Origin: an uncultured Erysipelotrichaceae bacterium
GTDB taxonomy: Bacteria; Bacillota_I; Bacilli_A; Erysipelotrichales; Erysipelotrichaceae
Direction of reading: 5' to 3'
Length of the DNA: 32,000 nt
NCBI GenBank assembly: GCA_942493105.1
Contig: OW818668.1
Coordinates: forward strand, 180,001 to 212,000
Both the position numbers and the translations under genes were made by a program. The notes under the pieces were generated by a model. That model saw only the letters and a list, made by a program, of their open reading frames with translations. It did not search any database and was not told where the DNA came from. Position 1 is the first letter of the stretch; every line of letters begins with the position of its first letter. Shown here in pieces: positions 18,311 to 26,550 of the stretch.

Positions 18311-19300
18311 TTAATCCGCGTAAACGTCGACAAACAATTGATCAGCTGTTGGCTTTTCACCAGCTTCTGCGAAAGCAACGGCTGCTTCAATGGCTTCAGC
18401 GGCTTTGGCTTGAATATCATCCGCTTGGGCATCGGTTAAGAGTCCAGCTTCAATCAACTGTTTTCTGAAGTTAGCGATGGGATCGCGTTCTGATCTCCAC
18501 ATTTCTTCTTCTTCACGTGTTCTATATTTCTTAGCGTCGGATTTGGAATGTCCTTTCCAACGATAAGTCTTGGCTTCAATCAAAGTAGGACCTTCACCTT
18601 TTCGTGCACGTTCTACCGCATCATAAGTTGCATTGATGACTTCAATGAGGTTGTTTCCATCAATGGTAATGCTTGGAATTCCATAAGAAACCCCACGAAT
18701 CGAAAGATCTTTGACGTTGACCATTTCTTTGATGGATCCGCTCATTCCATACTGATTATTTTCAATAAAGAAAATAACCGGAAGTTTCCATATGGAAGCC
18801 ATATTGAGGGATTCATGGAAACTGCCTTCATTGGTTGATCCATCTCCCGCATGACACAAACAAACTTGATCTGTTTTCTTCATTTTAGCAGTCAAAGCAG
18901 CTCCAACCGCAATCGGATATCCTCCACCAACGACACCATTAGCACCAAGGTTACCGGTTTCGATTTCCGCTATATGCATGGATCCGCCTTTGCCTTTATT
19001 GGTTCCAGAAGTCTTCCCAAAAAGCTCAGCCATCATTTTATTGATGTCTGTTCCTTTGGCGATGGTTTGACCATGTCCGCGATGGGTGGCTGCCATCCAG
19101 TCGCTTTTTCTTAAGACAGCACCTGATCCAACAGCTGCTGCTTCTTCACCGACACATAAGTGGGTCGTCCCGTGAATCATGCCTTTGGCGAAAAAGTAAT
19201 CTACTTTTTCTTCAAATTGGCGAATGATCCACATCTTACGGAAGGCTTCAATGAGAGCCGCATCATCAAGATGGGCTTTGTTTGGGATTCTTTCTGACAT
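18311..19300 (-). CDS. TPP-dependent 2-oxoacid/acetoin-type dehydrogenase E1 alpha subunit
   Basis: [34 protein letters not shown] and the TPP motif GDGSTNEG...ENNQYG. From memory it is closest to AcoA/PdhA-type E1 alpha. Substrate not assignable. Confidence 0.9.
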   Translation of the reverse strand: MSERIPNKAHLDDAALIEAFRKMWIIRQFEEKVDYFFAKGMIHGTTHLCVGEEAAAVGSGAVLRKSDWMAATHRGHGQTIAKGTDINKMMAELFGKTSGTNKGKGGSMHIAEIETGNLGANGVVGGGYPIAVGAALTAKMKKTDQVCLCHAGDGSTNEGSFHESLNMASIWKLPVIFFIENNQYGMSGSIKEMVNVKDLSIRGVSYGIPSITIDGNNLIEVINATYDAVERARKGEGPTLIEAKTYRWKGHSKSDAKKYRTREEEEMWRSERDPIANFRKQLIEAGLLTDAQADDIQAKAAEAIEAAVAFAEAGEKPTADQLFVDVYAD

Positions 19301-19311
19301 AAGTGCTCCTT

Positions 19312-20697
19312 TTAAATGTGTATGGGATAACCGAGACCGGCTTCCGTATTATCCATGATGGCTTCTGAGACAGATGGATGCGGGAAGATGGTCAAGGCGA
19401 TGTCTTCTAAGGTAAGACCAGTTTCAATAGCCAAAGTGATCACAGAGATGATTTCACTGGCATTGACACCTGCGATCTGAGCTCCTAAGATCAGCTTTGT
19501 GTTTTCTTCAGAAATGATTCTTACAAAGCCTTCGGTCTTAGATGCAGCGATGGCTCTTGAATTCGCAGCCAATGGGAAATCTGTCGCAATGGCTTTGATG
19601 TTTAAAGCCAAACATTCTTCCAGAGATTTACCAGTGGTGGCAATTTCAGGGGTCGTATAACAGACTGCAGGCATGGCTTTATAATCAATTTCAACTTTAT
19701 GACCAGAGATGACTTCTGCGACGATTTTAGCTTCATAGGAAGCTTTATGAGCCAACGCAAGACCTAAGGTTATGTCTCCGATCGCATAGACTTTAGGATT
19801 GGTGGTTTTGGATTGTTTATTGACTTTAACGAAGCCTTTAGGATCGAGTTCGATACCAGAGACATTGATGTTGAGCTGATCGGTATTGGGACGTCTACCA
19901 ACGGATACCAATACAACTTCAGATTCAACGATCGTTTCAACATCACCTTTTTTATACGTCAACGCAACACGATCACTCTCTTCTTTTGAAGAAAGCACCA
20001 AGGCATCGGTCAGGATGGTTACTCCTAGTTTCGTTAAATTACGTTTAACCAAATCAGAAAGCTTGGTGTTAAAACCAGGCAAAATACCAGGTGTTGCTTC
20101 AATCAAAGTGACTTTGGTCCCAAAGGCAGCAAAAGCTTCAGCCAATTCGCAACCGATATAGCCTGCCCCAATGACACTTAAGGTTTGAGGTAAAGTGGGA
20201 ATATTTAAGATTCCTGTTGAATCAAGAATACGTTTTGAGAAAGGGGCTGCTTTGATTTCAATGGGACGACTGCCTACGGCTAAGATCGCAGTGTTGAAAC
20301 TATATTCCTCGGATTTACCATCGTTGGTTACAGTAATTGAATTCTTCGAACTGAATTTTGCTTCGCCAAATAAAACTGTGACTTTGTTTTTCTTTAGCAG
20401 TTGAGTTACACCAGATCTTAACTTCTGTACAACTTGGGTGTTTTTCCACACTTGTGTCTTTTCAAAGTCCAAGGTCGCGGTCGCATTGATCCCAAATTTA
20501 GAGGCATGCAACAGCTCTTGATAAGTATGGCCTGCCTGCAGTAAAGCTTTGGATGGAACACACCCTACGTTAAGGCATGTGCCTCCTATGACATTTCTTT
20601 CGATGAGGGTGACTTGTTGACCAAGTTGTGCTGCTCGGATGGCTGCAACATAACCTCCAGGACCAGATCCAATAATGACAGTATCTAATGCGTTCAT
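19312..20697 (-). CDS. lpd: dihydrolipoyl dehydrogenase, E3 component
   Basis: FAD fold GSGPGGY, redox disulfide GGTCLNVGCVPSK, NAD fold GAGYIGCE, C-terminal HPSVSE His-Glu dyad. Start moved to the ATG at 20697 behind GGAGAGGT. Confidence 0.93.
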   Translation of the reverse strand: MNALDTVIIGSGPGGYVAAIRAAQLGQQVTLIERNVIGGTCLNVGCVPSKALLQAGHTYQELLHASKFGINATATLDFEKTQVWKNTQVVQKLRSGVTQLLKKNKVTVLFGEAKFSSKNSITVTNDGKSEEYSFNTAILAVGSRPIEIKAAPFSKRILDSTGILNIPTLPQTLSVIGAGYIGCELAEAFAAFGTKVTLIEATPGILPGFNTKLSDLVKRNLTKLGVTILTDALVLSSKEESDRVALTYKKGDVETIVESEVVLVSVGRRPNTDQLNINVSGIELDPKGFVKVNKQSKTTNPKVYAIGDITLGLALAHKASYEAKIVAEVISGHKVEIDYKAMPAVCYTTPEIATTGKSLEECLALNIKAIATDFPLAANSRAIAASKTEGFVRIISEENTKLILGAQIAGVNASEIISVITLAIETGLTLEDIALTIFPHPSVSEAIMDNTEAGLGYPIHI

Positions 20698-20993
20698 TTT
20701 TACCTCTCCAATGTTTCTTTTCGAGACATGAATATGATTTGTCTTCCAAATCAAAATACTTCTTGAGTATTACTTCCAAGAGTTTATACGGGTGAAACAA
20801 CACATTGAATTCACGATTTCATCTAATAAGCAAAGAAGATAAAACGTCCAATGGATGCCTCTTAACGATTTCATCTTGAATGATTTGAATCAAGTCGTGA
20901 TGGTCCATTCAATTCGCTGCGGACATCGTCATTATTCCCGCAAACTCTACACACTAATCTTACAAGGTTATTGAACCATTTGGCTATAAGTGA

Positions 20994-21025
20994 AGTCAAA
21001 CTGCTTTCCACATTAATGTGGTAAA
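20994..21025 (-). promoter_or_regulatory. operator palindrome plus -35 element upstream of the E3-E1-E2 operon
   Basis: Minus strand reads TTTACCACA-TTAA-TGTGGAAA-GCAGT-TTGACT, followed after 18 nt by TTCAAT. The same module with the same spacing occurs at 29332..29363. Confidence 0.6.
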
Positions 21026-21062
21026 AGCAAACGCAAAGTTCTATACAGATTAAAAAGACAAA

Positions 21063-21704
21063 CTATTTCTTCTGTCCATAATTGTTGAATACGGCTACCG
21101 CATCAGCAATTTGATCATCAGACAGTTGCGCTATATGAGGCGACATAGATCGTGCAATCGTGTATGTTTTCGCAGCTTCTTCTAGATAAACACAGGCATA
21201 AAGTGCTTGACTTATGTCTTTTCCTACAGCGATGACCCCATGGTTTTTTAAAATGATGGCGAGTTTATCATCAAGATACTCAACAGCTTGTATACCCATA
21301 TCTAAGCTGGCAGCAGATGCATATTTGGTAACCAAAACATTACCTCTTGTTGCATTGGCCAAGGTGGTCAAACAACAAGGCAAATGATCTTCAACCAAAC
21401 CAACTGCAGTAGCATAAGGTTGATGGGTATGGATGATGGCGTTGATGTCTGGACGATGTTTAAAGATATAGAGTAAAGCTTGTGTATCGACAGACACTCG
21501 TCTTGTGCCTTCTATGACCTTGCCTTCAATATCTAACACGATGATGTCATCCTCAACCATGATTTCATACATCATGCCAGAAGGCGTGACCAATATCTTA
21601 TCTTCAAATCGGACACTGACGTTACCGCCTGATAGTGAGATCAGGTGATAACGATCCATTAAAATGCCCGTCTTGATGATTTGACGTTTGAGTTCTTCTA
21701 ACAT
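21063..21704 (-). CDS. class II aldolase/adducin-family protein (FucA/AraD/OtnC-like)
   Basis: The 213-aa protein is collinear with FucA (GNVSVR, TP.G..YE, RPD.NA.IHTH, NHG.IA.G). It carries the AraD/UlaF-like metal ligand context SVDT instead of the FucA SSE. Start moved to the ATG at 21704, overlapping the cyclase stop (TAATG). Confidence 0.8.
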   Translation of the reverse strand: MLEELKRQIIKTGILMDRYHLISLSGGNVSVRFEDKILVTPSGMMYEIMVEDDIIVLDIEGKVIEGTRRVSVDTQALLYIFKHRPDINAIIHTHQPYATAVGLVEDHLPCCLTTLANATRGNVLVTKYASAASLDMGIQAVEYLDDKLAIILKNHGVIAVGKDISQALYACVYLEEAAKTYTIARSMSPHIAQLSDDQIADAVAVFNNYGQKK

Positions 21705-22513
21705 TACACAATGGCCAATGGGACAACCGGGGTTCCTGTTGCACCTACAAATTTCATAGGATAACACATCAAAGTAAACACATAAACCTTATCTTTAGCC
21801 AATTCATCCAACTTCATATTTTCAATCATCGTGATCCCATCTACCACAAATAAATAGATATGAGCCCAATGAGTCGATCCGGTTTTTGGATCGAGTTCTT
21901 CAGGGATATCCCAAGAGAGCTGATCGACTCCAAATACGATGGGTTTGAATGTTCTGACCCAAGCACTGGCTTCACCATTAATACCTGCATATTTTAGAAA
22001 TTCTTTATTGTCATGCCACAAAGTATCATAGCCTGTTCGAACGATGATCGCATCACCTTCTTGGATGGTCACATTTTGAGCTTTCGCTGTTTCAATTAAA
22101 TCTTGAGCTGTGATGGCATAACGATTGGGCAGAACTGAAACACCTTTATAGGCAGCCACATCCAACATAACAGCACGTGCCATGATGGGCTCTAGTTCTT
22201 CTGCACCGTGGCTTGTGAAGCCTTTAGGGGTCTCAATAAGGTTGGTGACTTTAACATCACCATGCATGGTCAAATCAAGCGCCTGATGACATAGTGCATC
22301 CATGTGTGTCCCAGAATGATCATTCATGATGAAGAAACCATTAGCAGTAGAACGGGGACCTTTTGAATCAGGGAAGTATCCAGCCACATGACCTCTTGAG
22401 ATAAAGTAGTCATAATGAGGACGATGATGAGGATAAACCGGCATACCAATATAACGAGGCTGTTCAAGATTATAAATTTTTCTCTTCTTCAATTCATTTA
22501 GAAATAGTTCCAT
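21704..22513 (-). CDS. putative-cyclase family metal-dependent hydrolase (kynurenine formamidase-like fold)
   Basis: HSGTHMDALCH matches the HxGTHxDxPxH zinc motif of the putative-cyclase family (Pfam PF04199 from memory). AAGGAG RBS. Confidence 0.75.
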   Translation of the reverse strand: MELFLNELKKRKIYNLEQPRYIGMPVYPHHRPHYDYFISRGHVAGYFPDSKGPRSTANGFFIMNDHSGTHMDALCHQALDLTMHGDVKVTNLIETPKGFTSHGAEELEPIMARAVMLDVAAYKGVSVLPNRYAITAQDLIETAKAQNVTIQEGDAIIVRTGYDTLWHDNKEFLKYAGINGEASAWVRTFKPIVFGVDQLSWDIPEELDPKTGSTHWAHIYLFVVDGITMIENMKLDELAKDKVYVFTLMCYPMKFVGATGTPVVPLAIV

Positions 22514-22531
22514 ATTTTTCTCCTTGTTTGA

Positions 22532-23179
22532 TCAATCTTTAAACGATGCATCTATTCTTTGTTTGAAAGCACGGGCGACCGCAACTGGATCTTTGGCTTC
22601 ATACAATGAACGCCCAACGATAAACGAGAATATTTCTAGACCACCAAACATATCAATATCTTCAGGTCTTAGTCCACCTGTCACACTGACATGAAAACCA
22701 ATCTCTATCAAGGCTTTGATTTTATCGATATCAGTTTGAGTCCATGCTTGTGATGCATCTCTGGAGTGATGATAAATGATATGTGTCACCCCTGTTTTAA
22801 ACCATGCTTTGGCTAAATCAAAATCCCATCTTCCATATAACTCGATTTGAATGTTTTGATTGTTCTTCTGTGCCAACTTACCTGCAATTTCCATAGTAGC
22901 CAAATCAGCCGCAGCAATGACAGTGATCAAGTTGGCTCCAGCATCAAACAACATCCCACCGATCGTATTGACTGCATCAGCAATTTTAAAATCAGCCACC
23001 AACATTTTATGAGGATATGTTTCTCTTAGTCTGCGAGGTGCTGATGCCCCTTCTGCAGCTAAAAGAACTGTTCCTGCTTCAATGATATCTACTTCATCGA
23101 CAAGATTATTTAAACTTAAGATATTCTGTGCTTCTTGTATACTGACGACATCTAACGCAATCTGCAATTTCGGTTTCAT
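22532..23179 (-). CDS. ulaD: 3-keto-L-gulonate-6-phosphate decarboxylase-like (OMP decarboxylase suprafamily)
   Basis: Collinear with E. coli UlaD: LQIALD, VDIIEAGT, YPHK.LVADFKIADA, IQIELYG.W, IYHHSRDA, VTGGL..EDI, FIVGRS. Closer to UlaD than to hexulose-phosphate synthase by my recollection. AAAGGAG RBS. Confidence 0.8.
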   Translation of the reverse strand: MKPKLQIALDVVSIQEAQNILSLNNLVDEVDIIEAGTVLLAAEGASAPRRLRETYPHKMLVADFKIADAVNTIGGMLFDAGANLITVIAAADLATMEIAGKLAQKNNQNIQIELYGRWDFDLAKAWFKTGVTHIIYHHSRDASQAWTQTDIDKIKALIEIGFHVSVTGGLRPEDIDMFGGLEIFSFIVGRSLYEAKDPVAVARAFKQRIDASFKD

Positions 23180-23513
23180 TTATTCTCCTTTTTTTGATGG
23201 TCATCTCTGCCAAATTAAATCAAATGTAATATCTCTTATAAAATCTTCTCATCTTTCTTAAATTCATCGGTTGATTCTAGTGAACATTTTTTAAAATCAC
23301 TTACTTATTTAAAAAAATCTCGCCTTTCAACCAACAGTTTTCAGTTATGCTCATATAAGCTAATTTTTAATGAACATTTGTGGTAAAAATGCCTTAAATT
23401 ATTCACTAAGTTGTTCCTTATTTCTCAATTGTATCATACCTAAACCTGTTGAGATACTCATGTAATGTCTAGTCATAAAGTGTTCATTTAATATGGTCCA
23501 TGTTCATAAGTTG

Positions 23514-23542
23514 AAAAAAACCACGTATCATTTCGTGGTTTT
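23514..23542 (-). terminator. rho-independent terminator after the lipoyl transferase gene
   Basis: Minus strand reads AAAACCACG-8 nt-CGTGG followed by TTTTTTT. It could also terminate plus-strand transcripts weakly (T4). Confidence 0.8.
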
Positions 23543-23556
23543 AATCGTAGTTATGC

Positions 23557-24279
23557 TTATTGGGTATGAGCAGGAATCCCACTCTTATGCAAGATCTGGA
23601 TCATGTTTTCTTTGACATCCGCAACTGAAATGGTTCTATGAGTCAATGCACTGATGGTTTCCATGGATTGTAGATCGATAAGTGGATATTTGGGATCTTT
23701 TAAAGGATTAGCTAAGTCATAGAAGCTTTTGATCAGTGCACAACGTTTCTGTTGATTTCCGCTGACACATATCGTTATCATCAGCATTACCGCCTCTTTG
23801 CTTCGATATTGTGCCATTCCCGCAAACTTCTTTCCATTGACAGATAGATCATATTTTCCTGGGCAATAGGAATTTATAATTTCACCTTCTTGGATGTCTA
23901 GATGATAATCATGAAGTAAATGATGCAACAGTTGAACTCCAAAATCATAGGATTCATTCAACCCTCCAATCAACGGACACTCTTTAGAAAACAGAATACT
24001 TAGGTTTAATATCCCTTGATCACATACCACAGCTAAACCGCCTGCTTTACGTACAGAAGTTTTATATCCGCTATTTTGAAGGCTTTTGAGTCCCTTTTCA
24101 AACTCAGGTAACAGTGTATCCATCTTACCTAGAATAACACCCTGGGTGCTCCAAAAACGCACAATCAAGGTCTGTGGATTCAAGGTGTTGGCTAAGGTTT
24201 TATCAGTAAGAAGTTGGTTTTCTAAATCGACGTGTTGATCAATGATCGTCACACTTTTGAAATGTTGGTAAAGGTTCAT
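23557..24279 (-). CDS. LplA/LipM/LipL-family lipoyl/octanoyl transferase (catalytic domain only)
   Basis: RKAGGLAVVCDQGILNLS and SYCPGKYDLSVNGKKFAGMAQYR (Cys plus Lys motif of the octanoyl/lipoyl transferase clade). 240 aa, with no C-terminal LplA accessory domain. No convincing SD. Confidence 0.75.
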   Translation of the reverse strand: MNLYQHFKSVTIIDQHVDLENQLLTDKTLANTLNPQTLIVRFWSTQGVILGKMDTLLPEFEKGLKSLQNSGYKTSVRKAGGLAVVCDQGILNLSILFSKECPLIGGLNESYDFGVQLLHHLLHDYHLDIQEGEIINSYCPGKYDLSVNGKKFAGMAQYRSKEAVMLMITICVSGNQQKRCALIKSFYDLANPLKDPKYPLIDLQSMETISALTHRTISVADVKENMIQILHKSGIPAHTQ

Positions 24280-24315
24280 GTGTCTACAGTATACCCCAAG
24301 TCTTTCAGTTCACCT

Positions 24316-24345
24316 AATAAAAAGGCTGTCTCGGAAGACAGCCTT
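24316..24345 (-). terminator. rho-independent terminator ending the PTS operon
   Basis: Minus strand reads AAGGCTGTCT-TCCG-AGACAGCCTT followed by TTTTATT. Confidence 0.88.
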
Positions 24346-24348
24346 AGC

Positions 24349-24843
24349 TTATTTTGTTTTGATGAATGAGCGTTGTTTAAAGTTTTTCATCATCGGATGC
24401 TTGAGTTCAACCAAACTTTCAAGGAAAGCCTGAAGCTCTAAACCTTGACCAAACTGTTCGATTTGAAGCCAATATCTGCCTTTGGTTAAGCCTGCACCAT
24501 TGATCCGAACATAGATGCTTTTTGAGAAAGCAGTCTTGCGGATATTGATGCGTTGGATCTCTTCAAAGGTGTAATGATGATGCCTTCCAAAACAAGAGAA
24601 TTCAATGGATTGATCTGTGGTCTTGACTTTTTCAGGATGAGACAAAGACAGGTAATGATCCAGAAAGATGATCAAGGCCAAAACGGCGATGGGCACACTA
24701 TAGGATGTTGCCTTATTTGTCAAAACTTCAAAGATCATGATCAGAAAGACCAAAGCAGACAGAATCGTAGGGACATAGATCCCAAACATCGATTTCTGAG
24801 TGGTGTATTGATAGACTTTGTTCAAGTTGTCCTCTTTCAGCAT
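24349..24843 (-). CDS. small membrane protein: TM hairpin plus about 95-aa cytoplasmic domain, unknown function
   Basis: Two hydrophobic helices (IYVPTILSALVFLIMIF, VPIAVLALIIFL) then a soluble beta-rich domain. The architecture resembles bacterial PH-domain (YdbS-like) proteins, but that is only an architectural guess. Weak RBS; ATG at 24843. Confidence 0.55.
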   Translation of the reverse strand: MLKEDNLNKVYQYTTQKSMFGIYVPTILSALVFLIMIFEVLTNKATSYSVPIAVLALIIFLDHYLSLSHPEKVKTTDQSIEFSCFGRHHHYTFEEIQRINIRKTAFSKSIYVRINGAGLTKGRYWLQIEQFGQGLELQAFLESLVELKHPMMKNFKQRSFIKTK

Positions 24844-24858
24844 CAATCACATATTGGA

Positions 24859-26208
24859 TTAAGCTTGTTTAGCAATACGTTTGAAGTTGATGAAAGCCAT
24901 GACGCCAGTGATGGCAGTCAAGATGCCTAAACCAATCCATCTGAAGTTCATGAGTTGAACGAAAGCCCAGCTCAATGGTGAAGCTCCATCAGCAATACTT
25001 GAAATCAGGTCAGCACCTACAGGCAAGGTGAAGTTAGCAGCAACAGCAGCTTCGGTCAATAACGGAGCAATACCAGTTGCGATCCACAAGCCAGTAACAA
25101 CGATGAAGATACCAACAACTAAAGTTCTGAATAAATCGCCTTTAGTAATAGGAACAACCAAGACAAACAAGAAAGGCAATACCGCTAAGTCAGCAAACGG
25201 CAAGAACTGATTGCCTGGCAAAATAGCAGCGATCAAGACGGATAACGGAACAAGGATCAAAGAAACAGCCAAGGTTGTCGGATGACCGATACCTACAGCA
25301 GCATCCAAACCGATATAGATCTTGGTGTTGGATTTGAAATGTTTTTCAACGAATTCAGAAGCAGCATCAGAAATAGGAATCAAACCTTCCATGAGTAATC
25401 CAGCCATCTTAGGAATAAGAACCAAAGCAGCACCCATGGTGATACCCAAGGATAAGAAGCCTTTCAAATCGTAACCAGCTAAGACACCGATAATGGCACC
25501 TAAGACTGTTCCGACCAAGATCGGTTCGCCAAAGATTCCAAATTTCTTCTGAACAGCAACAGCATCCATATTGATTTTGTTGATGCCTGGGATATAATCC
25601 AAGATTTTATTGATGACTAAAGCCACAGGAACAAACGCTACTGATAATCCGTGAGGAATAGAAACGCCTGGTAAACCACAGTATTCTTCAACGCCTTTAG
25701 CAGTCCAGTCAGCCAAGATCAATGTCATGGCAGCTTGAATTGCAGCTGTTGCTAAACCAAAGACCAAGTCATTGGTAGCAAAATAAACCAAAGAACCTGT
25801 GAATGCATAATGCCAGAAGTTCCAAACGTCAATATTGACTGTTTGAGTCGTTTTGGTCAAGATCATAACAAAGTTGACAGCTAATGCAACAGGAATAACC
25901 AAAGCCCCTACATTGGTCGCAAACGCGATGGCTGCAGCTGCAGGCCACCCAACATCAATAACAGTTAAGCTTAAGCCATAATTCGTAACCATTTGTTGAA
26001 CGGCTGGGCCTAAGTTTCCACCCAACATCCCAATAACCAAATTCAAACCAATGAAACCAACGCCAACCGTTAGACCGGCTCTAATGGCCTTGCCTGGTTT
26101 TGCGCCCATGATCAAACCGATAAGGGTAATAACGATCGGCATCATGACTGATGAACCTAAGCCTACGACAAAGTTTATGCCATCCATAATGACTTTAAAA
26201 ATGTCCAC
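24859..26208 (-). CDS. PTS EIIC, L-ascorbate (UlaA/SgaT) family
   Basis: A 449-aa polytopic membrane protein whose size and glycine-rich hydrophobic pattern fit SgaT/UlaA permeases. It sits immediately after the cognate IIA and IIB genes. Confidence 0.85.
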   Translation of the reverse strand: MDIFKVIMDGINFVVGLGSSVMMPIVITLIGLIMGAKPGKAIRAGLTVGVGFIGLNLVIGMLGGNLGPAVQQMVTNYGLSLTVIDVGWPAAAAIAFATNVGALVIPVALAVNFVMILTKTTQTVNIDVWNFWHYAFTGSLVYFATNDLVFGLATAAIQAAMTLILADWTAKGVEEYCGLPGVSIPHGLSVAFVPVALVINKILDYIPGINKINMDAVAVQKKFGIFGEPILVGTVLGAIIGVLAGYDLKGFLSLGITMGAALVLIPKMAGLLMEGLIPISDAASEFVEKHFKSNTKIYIGLDAAVGIGHPTTLAVSLILVPLSVLIAAILPGNQFLPFADLAVLPFLFVLVVPITKGDLFRTLVVGIFIVVTGLWIATGIAPLLTEAAVAANFTLPVGADLISSIADGASPLSWAFVQLMNFRWIGLGILTAITGVMAFINFKRIAKQA

Positions 26209-26237
26209 AATTTTCTCCTTTTTTGTGTTTGTGTTGT

Positions 26238-26531
26238 CTACTTAAGACCTAATGACTCGAGTATATCTTGTAAAACTGGTTCAGTACCCCGACCTATAAG
26301 AAAAGCCACACCCATAATTACTTTGACCGGCATCGGTTTGCTGTTATGCGCCGTTGTGACGATCAAATCATATTTTGAAGCCTTAGACTCCATCTCTGCA
26401 ACTGTACAGGTTGATACTTCTACCAAATCACCAAAGCCTCTCTCTTTAAAGATATTTTCTAGCTTTTTAGCGACGGCAACGGATGTAGCAACGCCTGTAC
26501 CACAAGCAACCAGTACTCTTTTCTTAATCAT
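26238..26531 (-). CDS. PTS EIIB, ascorbate/lactose-type (UlaB-like)
   Basis: MIKKRVLVACGTGVATS carries the active-site Cys in a P-loop-like context. 97 aa. Start moved to the ATG at 26531 behind AAAGGAGGGTG. Confidence 0.88.
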   Translation of the reverse strand: MIKKRVLVACGTGVATSVAVAKKLENIFKERGFGDLVEVSTCTVAEMESKASKYDLIVTTAHNSKPMPVKVIMGVAFLIGRGTEPVLQDILESLGLK

Positions 26532-26550
26532 GCACCCTCCTTTCTTTTCA

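Noticed and set aside
21063-21704. Initial call as L-ribulose-5-phosphate 4-epimerase UlaF.
   Set aside because: Length and overall collinearity fit FucA-type class II aldolases at least as well, and only the SVDT metal-ligand context is AraD-like. The call is kept at family level.
22532-23179. Alternative call as 3-hexulose-6-phosphate synthase (HxlA).
   Set aside because: The motif-by-motif match to E. coli UlaD (YPHK, IQIEL.G.W, IYHHSRDA) is closer, no hxlB partner is present, and the gene sits beside an Asc-family PTS.
23370-23465. 31-codon plus-strand ORF MNICGKNALNYSLSCSLFLNCIIPKPVEILM, starting inside the shared 15-mer. The copy at 29303 would encode only MNICD.
   Set aside because: It has no RBS, lies opposite to all neighbouring transcription, and the second copy stops after 5 codons. 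The conserved bases are better explained as a DNA operator.
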